A stretch of DNA of 62,902 bases, counting the filler, from Octopus bimaculoides (Eukaryota): the NCBI RefSeq assembly GCF_001194135.2. It is 7 parts of 5 records of this genome, joined end to end, with 100 filler letters (N's around TTAATTAATTAA, not from the genome) between each part and the next. Parts side by side here need not be neighbours in the genome. Positions count along the whole stretch, not along the records: positions 1 to 8,014 come from NC_068998.1; positions 8,115 to 39,510 come from NC_069002.1; 5 more parts are not named here. One strand, given 5' to 3'. Positions within the stretch are counted from its first letter, which is position 1; every line of letters starts with the position of its first letter. A model generated the notes under the pieces. That model did not search any database and was not told the DNA's origin. It saw only the letters and a program-made list of their open reading frames with translations. The translations under genes were made by a program, and so were the position numbers. Shown here one piece after another: positions 1-11,689 of the stretch.

Positions 1-100
1 TCGCTCAATAAACACTCACAATGCCCGGTCTGGGAATCGAAACCGCAATCTTATGACCGCGAGTCTGCTGCCCTAACCACTGGGCCATTGCGCCTCCACA
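1..100 (-). mobile_element. tRNA-derived SINE head (family E), runs off the window edge
   Basis: Reverse complement has box A TGGCCCAGTGG and box B GTTTCGATTCC, then CAGACCGGGCATTGTGAGTG, matching the copy at 17815. Confidence 0.8.
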
Positions 101-174
101 TTCATACATTATATATATATATATATATATATATACTATGTATCATCATTATCACTATCATTTAACATGTATTA

Positions 175-252
175 GTTCCCACCTGCGGAATTGAACCGAG
201 AACCACATGGCTGTGAAGTGGATTTCTTGACCACAAAACCACGTCTGTGCCT
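175..252 (-). mobile_element. SINE family B/C head fragment
   Basis: Contains AACCACATGG and GGTTCAATTCC-like B box on the minus strand; similar to 53962-54130. Confidence 0.65.
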
Positions 253-1269
253 TCATTCAATAGTTCTTTCCTTCTTTCTTTCTTCATCTTTTCATCTTCT
301 TCCTTTCCTCCAGTTCTCCCTTTATTAAATTGTGCTTTCTTTCTTTCTTAGTTCCTCTCTCTCTCCCTTCTTTCTTTCTCTTTCTCTCTTCCTGCTTTCC
401 TTCCTTCCTCGTTTCCTCTCTTTTATATCATTGCAATTCCAATCTCCTTACATAAAACATCTCCAATAATTCCTGTTGGCACAAATCTTCCTTTGATTTG
501 CAGAAAAGTCTGTAAGTTTTGCTGGAGCCAGCACTTAAAAATTCCATCTTCTTGAGAAGATTTTAGCATCAGAAAACGAAGAATTACTTGTGATATTTAC
601 TGTACAAACTGTTTGTGCTTTGTTCGTTCTAAGGAATGGTAGTCCAAGATTCTACAGACACAGTCTTTATTCTGTGTCAAGAGATGGTTAACAATCACTT
701 TAGCACCAGTTAAATCGCCTCAGTTAACAATATCTAAGATTTGGCTTTTACAACAATCTGGTTCTGTGGTTCTGTCTGTCTTCCAGCTCTTTGTTGAACC
801 ATTTACCATTCACTGCTACTGTTACCACAGCTGGCACTGGTACTGGTGCTGGTGTTGCTGCTGCTGTTTGGTCTTGGAGAAATAACCGTTTCTTTAAGTG
901 TTTCTCAGAAGATTTGTTGCTTTCCGTGGAATATGAGATATGTTATAAATTACACACACAAACACACACACATGCATATACACAGATACACATGCATGTG
1001 CACACATACTCACACACACATACATACAGACACACACAAGTACACATACATTCATTCACATATATTGATAAACATATATACATACATATATACTTATATA
1101 TATAACAATTAAAAGGGTAAAGGATTATCAATTTATTAATTTATTAATAAATTAATAATTAATAATTTTTACCAAGCCCTTCAGTATGTAAGCACCATTA
1201 TCGGTGAGGAACTTATTTAAAAGTTCTTATACATTTATAAACAAAATTAAGGGATCAGCAGCAGTTGCT

Positions 1270-1345
1270 TCACCACATACCGAAGTTCAGAAATAGCAGC
1301 TAAAAATGCTGAAACTCCAACAGATAGCATTACCTGCAACTCACA
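1270..1345 (+). repeat. Dispersed repeat (family D, AGAAATAGCAGC core)
   Basis: GCTTCACCA..ACCGAAGTTCAGAAATAGCAGCTAAAAA..GCTGA.ACTCCAACAGATAGCATTAC recurs nearly identically at 8121-8200; shorter related cores near 1720, 11810, 12090 and 46160. Confidence 0.75.
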
Positions 1346-1769
1346 CAGGCAAAACACGGTTATTTATATATATATTTATATATCTATTTATACATACATA
1401 TATATGTATATCTACATACATACACACATATATATAAGTGTGCATGCATGTATGTATGTATGGTGTACCTAGCTGTAGTCAAGTGTTTCAAGTGCGATCG
1501 TGAATTGGTATTTAATGAGTTATTGTTGGTATTGTAGTTGTTGTTGTCGTTGCTACTGCTAATAATAAGTGGTTGTTGTTGTTTCGCGCTAGGTCAGTCG
1601 AACAGAGTACTGACCTATGATCAATGACAATCCAGCCATGACCACACTATCTTACTTTCAACCATTGCAGGTCAGAAACTCCACTGTCTGTGTTCTTTCA
1701 AAAATATATTAGGACAATTTGGCTGTTATTTCTAGCAACCTGAGCGACCATGACTGGCAATCATTCTAC

Positions 1770-2225
1770 TGATGGTGGTGGTGATGGTGGTGTTGGCAAT
1801 GGTGGTGGCGGCGATGGTCAGTGAAGGACTGGTGGTGGTAGAGGTGATGGGGGATTTTATGGTGCTGTTGTTAGTGGTGGCGATTGTAGTGGAGGTGGTA
1901 GTTTTGCTAGTGGTGGTGGGGTGGTTAGCATACTGAATATGGTGGTGTGGTTGTGGTCAGTATATTGTTTGTAGTAAAGGTGGTTGTTTTGTAGTGATGT
2001 TGTTTGTTGCTAATGGTCATGGTAGGGTGGTTACTGGAGTAGAGGGGTGGCGATGGTGGTGATGATGGTGGTGGTGGTGGTGGTAGTGGTGGTGGTTATG
2101 CTGGTTGTGACAGTCAGGATAGTAGAGTGGTGATGGTGGTCGTCGTCGTGATGGTGATGGTCAGTATAGTGATTGTGGTGGTGGTGATGGTGATAATGAC
2201 AGTGGTAACGGTGGTGGTGGTGCTG
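1770..2225. repeat. Degenerate (GGT/GAT)n low-complexity tract
   Basis: Directly visible GGTGGT/GATGGT-rich array. Confidence 0.9.
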
Positions 2226-2619
2226 TACTATTACTTCCAGATGATTCTGTGCTTACATTAAACTCTACAAATAAATCTGACCAAATACTTTAATTCAAGT
2301 GATAAGTTCCGGTCAGTTTGATATCATGAGAAGTGGGGTGAGTGTGTGGCACTTTGGCCATTAGTTAATTGGTGCCAGATCTCAGAGAATGCTTTCTCTG
2401 CATAATTAAATATCAAGTGAATGAAGAGAAATAAACCCACATATACCAATGCCATGGATCTGGATAATACAATCAAGACATCATAGAATAAAAGCTGGTC
2501 AGTTTCAAGAACTAGCACTGTACATGCTGCAAAACCATGAAAAATTAAGTCTCTAACCGTTTCTTGCCCCATGGACTTGTTTCATGCAAAACAATTTTTT
2601 CACAGACCTTGGTACCATG

Positions 2620-3295
2620 CACATAACATACAAAGTGCTATAACATATTTTTCATCACACATAAATACAATGCAAAAATGGTTCACTTTTATGCCATGAC
2701 AGCAAAGAACAGCAAGTTTCAAGATGACATGTCATTTGATGCTTGTTCAGTTCATGTGGTATCCACTTGTTCAACTTCTTTACCTTGCCGATTTGTTCCA
2801 GATGGTCCAATACAGTTGGAATCGAAACAGCAAACCTTGCTGCTAACCCATGCATAGTTTGAGATGTATCCACTTCCATTACAGTTTCCAGCTCATTGTT
2901 ATCCACCGTGGTCTCAATACTACCACAGAGCTGATTCCCAAGAGTAAAGTCACCAAACCGGATCTTCTCAAACCATTGATATACAATGCACTCATTCGCC
3001 ACACCTTAACCAAACACCTCAATGATGTTTTGAGCTGTCTGGGATGCATTGGATCCACGACAGAACTGATTTTCATAAGCAACATGAATTTTTGATCTAG
3101 CCGTGGGATTGCAAAAAATGATTTTCAAGAGAAAACTCACAATATAATCAGACACCATGAATTACATTTTGAAAAGTGATGATGTAACTCTTCAATGTTG
3201 TGAAACAAAGAATTGTCAGGATAAAACATTTGAGTTAACGACTGTCAAACTTGATGCATGAGAAAATCGGACATTTTATTCTTAATGACCTGTTA
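2620..3295 (-). mobile_element. Mariner transposon fossil (5' TIR, HTH domain, start of catalytic domain)
   Basis: Translation ANECIVYQWFEKIRFGDF...HLEQIGKVKKLNKWIPHEL (WVPHEL motif), then MCDEK (first D of DD34D). TIR-like TA-ACAGGTCATTAAGAATAAAATGTCCG at the right end. Frameshifted. Confidence 0.9.
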
Positions 3296-3337
3296 TATAT
3301 AAATATATATATATATATATATAAATGCATACATATA

Positions 3338-3405
<68 letters not shown>

Positions 3406-3581
3406 CATACACATATACACACACACACACACACTCATATATCCATGAATNNNNNNNNNNTATACACACACACACACATATATATATACACACACATATA
3501 TATATACACACACACATATATATATACACACACACACATATATATATACACACACACATATATACACACACACACATATAT

Positions 3582-3630
<49 letters not shown>

Positions 3631-4289
3631 TACACATATACACACACACACACACACTCATATATCCATGAATGTCCTCTATACATCTTGCCCCATTATG
3701 CATGTTTGTGAAACTCAACAATGAAAGCTCTTACACACAAAATTCAAAAACTTCATTCCAAAAGATTCGTGTTCTGTTTTTCTAAGATTATTTTAGAATA
3801 GTTAATAATTTTAAAGAAAATATTGTGACTCTCAAGTATTCTTTTGGCAAAAACTCTTAAATACATACATACATACGGATAGGTACGTAGATAGATAGAT
3901 AGATAGATAGAGATATGTATATACATACATAAATATATATGTATACATCTCTCTCTCTCTATATATATATATATGTATGTATATACACATGTACATACAT
4001 ATATGTGTGTGTGTGTGTGTGTGTGTAGGTATATATATATATATTTATAAATATGGATCAAAAGAGCACAACAGTGAAGAGTGGCAGGTGGGGGGGCGGT
4101 GATATAATTTTACTGATGCAGATGTCATAGAGATAAAGTGGAGTGGGGTTCAAGTGTGAACCATGGTTATGGAGGCGAGGGGGTCTTTATTATTAGGTGG
4201 GGGTGTAGCTACAGGTTGAACGAAGATAGAAAAATCAACATTCGCTTATAAATAAAGGAGTGGGCCCAGTGGGCAGTGTAGCTATGTTG

Positions 4290-4353
4290 GTAGCAGTGAT
4301 AGTAGTGGTGATGGTGGCAGTGGTGGTGGTTACTCAAATATTGGTTACAGGGA

Positions 4354-4387
<34 letters not shown>

Positions 4388-4880
4388 GGAACACTGGACC
4401 CCTGGATAAAGTTTGGAGATAAGTATATATAGATAAATATTTATCTTGTATGGTACTTTGTTGTTGATAATCTTGAAGATATTGAGGGCGGTGGTGGTGG
4501 TGGTGGCAGTAGTTGTGGTGATGGTGGGTAGTGTTGTTGGGGGCAGGGGTGATGATGATGATGATGATGATGAGGAGGAGGAGGAGGAGGATTATGGTGA
4601 TGATGAGGATGATTATAATGATAATGATGAGGAGGATAATGATGATGATGATAGCAATGGTGGTGGAGGTGATGATGATGATGAGGATGATTATGGTGAT
4701 GATGAGCATGATGATGATGGCGGTGGAGGTGGAGGTGGAGGTGACGGTGATGGTGGTCACGATAGTCATGACGATTGTGATGTTGATGCTGGTGGTGTTG
4801 GTGTATAGTGGTGATGATGGAAATAGGGTGATGGTGTTGGTGAAAGTAGTGATGGTGGCAACGGTTGTGATGGTGATGAT
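4290..4880. repeat. Compound trinucleotide tract (GGT/GAT/GAG)n
   Basis: Directly visible; source of the spurious poly-D/E/G, poly-M and poly-H/I ORFs. Confidence 0.9.
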
Positions 4881-5699
4881 GATGTTGTCAGGTTATGTAT
4901 TTCATGTATATAACAGCAGTTGTTGCTGTTGTTGTTGTTGTTGTTGTTGTCTTTAATAAATCGGAAAGTAGAGGAAAAAACTCATGGCTGGATTGAACTG
5001 AGATAAAAGTGTCAAAATATGAAATATGGACAATCTCTCTTTCCTCCTCACCGACATACATACATACATATATATACACACACATATATGTATGAATATG
5101 TGTGTGTGTATATATATATATACACAAATATATACACACACACATATATACACAAATACACACACACATATATATATACACACACACATACACAAAAATA
5201 TATATATATATATACACACACATATACATACACACATACATTCATATATACATGTTTAACCCATGCCAGCTTAGAAACCGGATGTTATATGATGGTGATG
5301 ACACATAACATACATACACACACACATACATATGCACACACACACACACACGTGTGTATGTGTGCATATTTGTTTACATTTGCTCACTACAAATGTCACA
5401 AGCTCCAGAGTCTTGCGGTCACTTCTGTCAACAGATTGTTTCCTTCATGTTTTCAAAGCCAAGTTGAAATAAGGGATTTCTTACTCCAAAAGGACAAAAA
5501 CAAAAAAGAAGAAAAAATGGTAAGTGATAGCAAAAGACATATATATGGCTGTAAAATAATGCCTGAATAATATATGTGTCTAACCCATGCTAACATGGAA
5601 ATTGGATTCTACAAGAACATGCTCTATCCCAAAATCTCCTTTCATACCTTAGCCTCCATCTAACATTCTAATATAACATCTACCTTCTCTAGGTTCGTT

Positions 5700-5850
5700 T
5701 ACTCGCAAGCTACATGATACCATGTTGTTTTTGGTGAGAAACTTATGAGTGAAGTGAACTCGGTGACAGGCTGCATTGTCAGCATGAAGAATCTAATTCT
5801 TTGCGCTTTATAGATCCAGTTACTTTCACTAAATGTCCTTCCTTAAGCAC
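5700..5850 (-). mobile_element. Mariner transposase fragment (HDNA region)
   Basis: Minus translation LHADNAACHRVHFTHKFLTKNNMV resembles the mariner LHHDNAPAH...FLAKN motif. Confidence 0.6.
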
Positions 5851-5883
5851 TTCAAAATGTCAATTTATAATAATATTTTTATG

Positions 5884-6370
5884 ATGAGGGTCGACTGAAA
5901 TGCTCAAAGGCTGAGCAAGACACTCTCATGGAATGTGACTAAATGAAGTTTATTTTTTAGAATAGTTCCTCTTACTGTCCACACACTTCCATCAATATTG
6001 CAATGCTTGGATCACACTGGTGAAGAAGCTATCCTGTTGACCAAAATAGTCATCAACAGCAAATAAGATGTCATCATCACATTGATACTGGTGCCCAGTT
6101 GAGTGTTTTTTCATGTTGGGATACAGATGATAATCAGATGGAGCCAAATCACTAACAAGGGTAATCAAACAGCTCAAAGCCAGTCACACACAGCAGCCAT
6201 TGTAACCAAGGGCTTGTGTGCTGAAGCATTGTCCTAATGAAACAAGATCCCATTCATCAGTTTTTCTGGGTGTTTGGTCTTGATAGCCTTTCATAACTGC
6301 CTTAGCAAGTTGGCATTGAACTTTCCATTGATGGTGTGATCATTTTTGAAGATAGTCAATAAACACAATA
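5884..6370 (-). mobile_element. Mariner fossil, C-terminal third plus 3' TIR
   Basis: IVFIDYLQK and SDLAPSDYHLYPNMKKH (YSPDLAPSDYHLF motif); TIR-like TA-TGAGGGTCGACTGAAA at the left end. Confidence 0.85.
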
Positions 6371-7026
6371 TTTTTTGCATAAACGTATAGTATATGTAAT
6401 AATGTGAAGTATATTTTGTAAATTAAAATGTTTAATTTCAGAAATTTATCAAGCAAAGCAACCATAAGCAATAAAAATACAAAATGCAAGTATTTCAAAA
6501 TGTGGGACACTACATGACGAAAACTAACAAAAAAAAGGAAGAAAATAGTGGTGCTTGTGTTCCAAAGGTAAGAATACTTCTGTTAACGAAAATACATTGG
6601 TTCCTTGCACAGCTTGTACATGGTGATATGTGCAGAAAAAACACAAAGCAAGGCATCAAATATCTCTAATGACAACTCTCTCCTCTCTGGCCATCTCAAA
6701 AGAAATTCCTTATTTATAGCCATCAGTTGGCTCAAGACAGACCACACAATTGCTGGTCTGACAAGCAGTCTGGTTGAATTGACTTTAAGCATCCAATGAG
6801 CATGAACGGGTACATTCATGTAGAAAACAGGCAATGTCAGTTTGTCTCGTTTGGAGTTCCAACAGGTTCAATTGGAGACAGTTACTTCTGACAGGACCCG
6901 ATGGCAGACAGACTCAAGGACTCTTCCCCCATAACCCTTCCAAGAATTAAACTGGTGAAAAAGATCAGTCAAGATTCACATACACAAATAATCCACACAC
7001 ATAAACTTGAAAATATTGGCTTCAAA

Positions 7027-7238
7027 TGTTGGTACAAGGCCAGCAATTTCAATGGTTTACATCAACCCCAGTGTTCAACAGCTACCTATATTATTGACAC
7101 CGAAAGGATAAAAAACAAAGCCATCCCCAGCGGCAGTTGGACCCAGAAAGTAAAGACAAAAGAAGGTAAAGATGAAACATATACGGTTAGGCATTTTGTT
7201 CGGCATGCTAACTAACCATCCTGCTAGCTCCGCTGCCT
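7027..7238 (-). mobile_element. tRNA-derived SINE (family A), diverged copy
   Basis: Reverse-complement similarity to the intact copy at 29140-29345. Confidence 0.7.
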
Positions 7239-8058
7239 TTACGGAAAAGGCCGATACTTAGGACTCGTACCGTAAGATCGCCAAAATCTGCCCTTCATCT
7301 GATTCTTGAACATCCAGTATTGGGATGTGATTTAAAAGCATTTGGGTTGCTGCTTCTGGAAAGTAAGGGCTGGGCTCATTCACGCCATTTTGCTTGGCGT
7401 TTGTCAGATGACGTCAGAGATCAAAGTGGAGATAAATTATATTCGCTCCGTCGAGGTAAGAACTTTGGGACAAATTGGCCAAGAGTTTTGGTATCCAACT
7501 TGGGACTGGAACAATTGAATGATTGCATTAGAGAATTAATTATCATCCATCCTTAACGTCTGATCTAACACCAGCGGGGCATATACTCATTATAGACATA
7601 TTATAGTCATGCTATTTAATTATTTCGTTTTGGGCTGCAAAACAAAATTAGTGTCCTCCGCAGGTGCTGGGCGAAAACTCCGCACGGAGTGCAGCTTTTA
7701 AACTAATTTCTTCTAAGGCAGTTGCTTCGTTAATTGTTCGATAATTTTCGTAGATCACTATAGTTGCGAACACAATTTGATAATACGACTTTGGGGTTAA
7801 TGTTTACAAGTACACAAGCACGAAAAATCGACCTTTTATATTAAAAAAAAAATTTTTTTCAGCGGATTCCTGTTTTCGATGAGAGATTCTGAAAATGCCA
7901 AAAACCATTTTTTAAAAATTTTAAATTCCCCCCTCCCCATCCCAAATTTATAAATTTTAACTTAAAAAAATTTTTTTTTTTCAATCGACGTGGAAAAATA
8001 TGCTAGAAATAACANNNNNNNNNNNNNNNNNNNNNNNNNNNNNNNNNNNNNNNNNNNN

Positions 8059-8070
8059 TTAATTAATTAA
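8059..8070. other. Artificial assembly linker TTAATTAATTAA inside a 100-bp gap
   Basis: Identical 12-mer with stops in all six frames, flanked by 44 N each side; also at 39555-39566, 53903-53914, 56976-56987, 58682-58693 and 61412-61423. Confidence 0.95.
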
Positions 8071-8261
8071 NNNNNNNNNNNNNNNNNNNNNNNNNNNNNN
8101 NNNNNNNNNNNNNNATATTTGCTTCACCATATACCGAAGTTCAGAAATAGCAGCTAAAAAAGCTGAGACTCCAACAGATAGCATTACTTGTAACTCACAA
8201 GCTATATTGATAAACCTTTACCCTTTTAATTTGTAATAATTTGTTATATATATATATATAC

Positions 8262-9033
8262 ATACAGCTCCTATCCCAGTCTGTCGTCTCGGTTTTCAAA
8301 CAGGGAAACAGATCCATCGCAGTCAATCCAATCTCACTCACCTTCCATATTATTAAAATGTTTGAAAGGATGGTGAGATCAAATATACCTGGCTTCCCAG
8401 AGAGCCACAATCTCTTAAATTCAAACGAGCATGGCTTTCGCTGCGGAGGGATTGTCTAACACAGCTGTTACACCACATCGATGATATACTAAAAGCCTTG
8501 GGATCAGGTTCAAGCTCATATATGTCATATATCTTGATTTCAGTAAAGCGTTCGACAGATTTGACCATAATGTCCAACTGTCAAAATTATCAAATGCTGG
8601 AATCCGTGGAAAACTACTACACCGGATTGAGTATTTCCTGGAGAACAGAACACAACGACCTTTCCAGCGTCATTTAAAACAGCAAAGTGAAAATATTCGC
8701 TGAAAACTCTAAGCACCAGAAGATTACCAATGAAGACCGAACTGAACTCCAGTCTAATCTAAACGAGAAAAAACGAGGGAAGATTTCAGCTGATGCATTT
8801 TGGAAAAAAGACTATACCAAAACAGCCATACTCTCTTCCTTTTAATAATATCAGAGACATAGGAGTAATTCTTGATAATAAACTCAGTTGGAGTGCCCAC
8901 ATTAACAATAGGGTCGATATAGCTCGTAGGATGAGCTCTTGGATCCTAAAAATATTTCGGTCCAGAGAACAAGGTGTCATCATTCCTCTTTTCTCCTCCT
9001 TTGTACGGCCACACCTCGAATACTGCTGCTCCT
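8262..9033 (+). mobile_element. CR1-group LINE reverse transcriptase fragment, internally deleted and frameshifted
   Basis: PISLT.HIIKMFERMV, HGFRCG, YLDFSKAFD..DHN, then IRDIGVILDNKLSWSAHI...FVRPHLEYCCS; runs into a gap. Confidence 0.9.
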
Positions 9034-10039
9034 TNNNNNNNNNNNNNNNNNNNNNNNNNNNNNNNNNNNNNNNNNNNNNNNNNNNNNNNNNNNNNNNNNN
9101 NNNNNNNNNNNNNNNNNNNNNNNNNNNNNNNNNNNNNNNNNNNNNNNNNNNNNNNNNNNNNNNNNNNNNNNNNNNNNNNNNNNNNNNNNNNNNNNNNNNN
9201 NNNNNNNNNNNNNNNNNNNNNNNNNNNNNNNNNNNNNNNNNNNNNNNNNNNNNNNNNNNNNNNNNNNNNNNNNNNNNNNNNNNNNNNNNNNNNNNNNNNN
9301 NNNNNNNNNNNNNNNNNNNNNNNNNNNNNNNNNNNNNNNNNNNNNNNNNNNNNNNNNNNNNNNNNNNNNNNNNNNNNNNNNNNNNNNNNNNNNNNNNNNN
9401 NNNNNNNNNNNNNNNNNNNNNNNNNNNNNNNNNNNNNNNNNNNNNNNNNNNNNNNNNNNNNNNNNNNNNNNNNNNNNNNNNNNNNNNNNNNNNNNNNNNN
9501 NNNNNNNNNNNNNNNNNNNNNNNNNNNNNNNNNNNNNNNNNNNNNNNNNNNNNNNNNNNNNNNNNNNNNNNNNNNNNNNNNNNNNNNNNNNNNNNNNNNN
9601 NNNNNNNNNNNNNNNNNNNNNNNNNNNNNNNNNNNNNNNNNNNNNNNNNNNNNNNNNNNNNNNNNNNNNNNNNNNNNNNNNNNNNNNNNNNNNNNNNNNN
9701 NNNNNNNNNNNNNNNNNNNNNNNNNNNNNNNNNNNNNNNNNNNNNNNNNNNNNNNNNNNNNNNNNNNNNNNNNNNNNNNNNNNNNNNNNNNNNNNNNNNN
9801 NNNNNNNNNNNNNNNNNNNNNNNNNNNNNNNNNNNNNNNNNNNNNNNNNNNNNNNNNNNNNNNNNNNNNNNNNNNNNNNNNNNNNNNNNNNNNNNNNNNN
9901 NNNNNNNNNNNNNNNNNNNNNNNNNNNNNNNNNNNNNNNNNNNNNNNNNNNNNNNNNNNNNNNNNNNNNNNNNNNNNNNNNNNNNNNNNNNNCATATATA
10001 TATATAGACATATATATATATATATATATGTATGTATGC

Positions 10040-10452
10040 ATGGGGGACGTGCCGCCTATGTAGGCAAGGTAGGCAGTGCTTACCTTCAATAGATCAGGTC
10101 GATAGCAACATTTTCCTTTGATGGCAAAATATGCACATAATTCAATAAAATCATGAAGTTTAATCTGATTACTATGCACAAAATGCAAAATATTTTATCA
10201 TTTTGCAGATTAAGTAGACAAAATTCGTCCCTCTATTTTCAATCTCAGTATTTAAGCTATGCATAGAACTACTGTAGTACACGTGCTGCGCACATTCCTA
10301 CAACAGCGTTTTCTTTATGTGCTATAAAGGCAGAAGTAAATATCTGTCTTCAATTCAGTTGCGCACCTGTGACTTCGCCTATCTCTTCTGCTTTATTACA
10401 TAAACATCACCAACTGCCTACCCCGAGTAATTGCTGACGGTACGTGCCTGGT
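10040..10452. mobile_element. Possible non-autonomous DNA transposon (hAT-like imperfect TIRs)
   Basis: Left GGACGTGCCGCC...GGTAGGCAGT; right end reverse complement CAGGCACGTACCGTC...GGTAGGCAGT. No TSD established. Confidence 0.4.
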
Positions 10453-10511
10453 ATGTATGTATGTACGTATACATACATGTGTATATATGTACATATACGT
10501 GTATGTAAGTA

Positions 10512-10738
10512 TGTATAAAATGTGGAAGAGTGTACCTCTCATTTGGAGGTCTAAAAAGACATATCGAGAGAGTGCATATTGCGGCATCTGTTTCTCCTGC
10601 CAGCCAGAACAGATGTCCAGTATGTAATAAAAGGTATAAAAGCTTGGCTGGGCTTAAATGCCATATAAGGGCATCACATGGCAACAATAATGTAAGTTTT
10701 CTTGGCGATGGCTTTTCTCGTGTAACGAGGGCGCAGCT
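10512..10738 (+). mobile_element. Two C2H2 zinc fingers, probably the C-terminus of an RTE-type LINE ORF
   Basis: CIKCGRVYLSFGGLKRHIERVH and CPVCNKRYKSLAGLKCHIRASH in one frame. No TGEKP linker, stop codon just upstream, no splice acceptor. SxxGLxxHxR is typical of RTE C-termini (inference). Confidence 0.5.
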
Positions 10739-10879
10739 GTGTGATATATAAGTATATATTTATATACATATGAATAGTTTGACTGAGCTATGAATATTAG
10801 GTCAAGAGCATGCGCCATTCTTTTTCTTTTGTAGATATACCTGCGTGTGTATACGTGTGTGGGGGAGGGGTGTATTTGT

Positions 10880-11150
10880 GTGTCCTGCACAAAATGAACT
10901 CGCTGAGATATGAGTCAACCCTAGAATGGTGAGTGCCACAGCGTCTTGCTTTACAGAGAGAGACCCATGTACTTTCCATTTGTTGCGTGTGGGTACCATC
11001 TTTCGAGTTAATAAACCCAACGCTGTGATTCACCGTTCAATGTTCAAAATTGTAACCAGCAATTCCAAGAATGTGAGAGTACGCTTTCCACAAAACGCTT
11101 ATAATTCCTGGAAGATTCGAGTGACGTATGCATTCCTCCAGGGTGTTGCA
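10880..11150 (-). mobile_element. Merlin (IS1595/ISXO2-like) DDE transposase fossil
   Basis: One frame, one stop: LPGIISVLWKAYSHILGIAGYNFEH*TVNHSVGFINSKDGTHTQQMESTW...RVDSYLSEF. This matches the SDxWxAY...HxTVNHS..F....G.HTQ.IE..W...L.SYL.EF signature. Confidence 0.85.
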
Positions 11151-11639
11151 GAAAAATATAGTGTAAAATATCAGTTTATAAACATAACGTAAACTACACG
11201 AGGCTGGACAGGACAGCAACAGACGGGTAAGCGGGCTGCATAACAGCTTGGCTTTTTTACTATGGAAGCAGGTACCAATACGTCTGTGGCTATCGATTGG
11301 CTAAAATTACCCACAATTTGTAAAATCTAAACATTGTTAACTGTTTATTTATTGGTTTTATGGCGAAAAGGAATTGCATTTCCATAATTAACATACAAAA
11401 CTACATCAACACACCAAATCTGAAATCAATTGGAACAGAATTGAGGAAATTGAAAAGTGGCAGTCGAGCAGAAAAGATCCCATACCTGTATGTGTCTCGC
11501 TTGTCCACTTCCAGGGCGAAATCGTTTGGTCTAGCTCTGAAGAACGCTGTGGTTTTTTTGTTTCCCAGACTAAAAATCGCGGCTCATGGCATTCAAAATG
11601 TAGACGCATGGTACATAAAAATATAGAAATACATCCGAC

Positions 11640-11689
<50 letters not shown>

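Noticed and set aside
481-950. Non-repetitive-looking segment with coding-like composition
   Set aside because: All minus frames are interrupted by stops and no family motif is recognisable; possibly an old fossil, unassigned.
3390-3673. About 60-bp direct repeat ending CACTCATATATCCATGAAT on both sides of a 10-N gap
   Set aside because: Most simply an unmerged contig overlap in a microsatellite.
4209-4956. Long poly-His, poly-Asp/Glu/Gly and poly-Met ORFs
   Set aside because: All frames are open only because of the trinucleotide tract; no splice signals or domain.
7318-7455. Plus-strand AG...GTAAG-bounded open segment (LGCDLKAF...YSLRR)
   Set aside because: No recognisable protein, weak pyrimidine tract, no partner exons; cannot be supported without RNA data.
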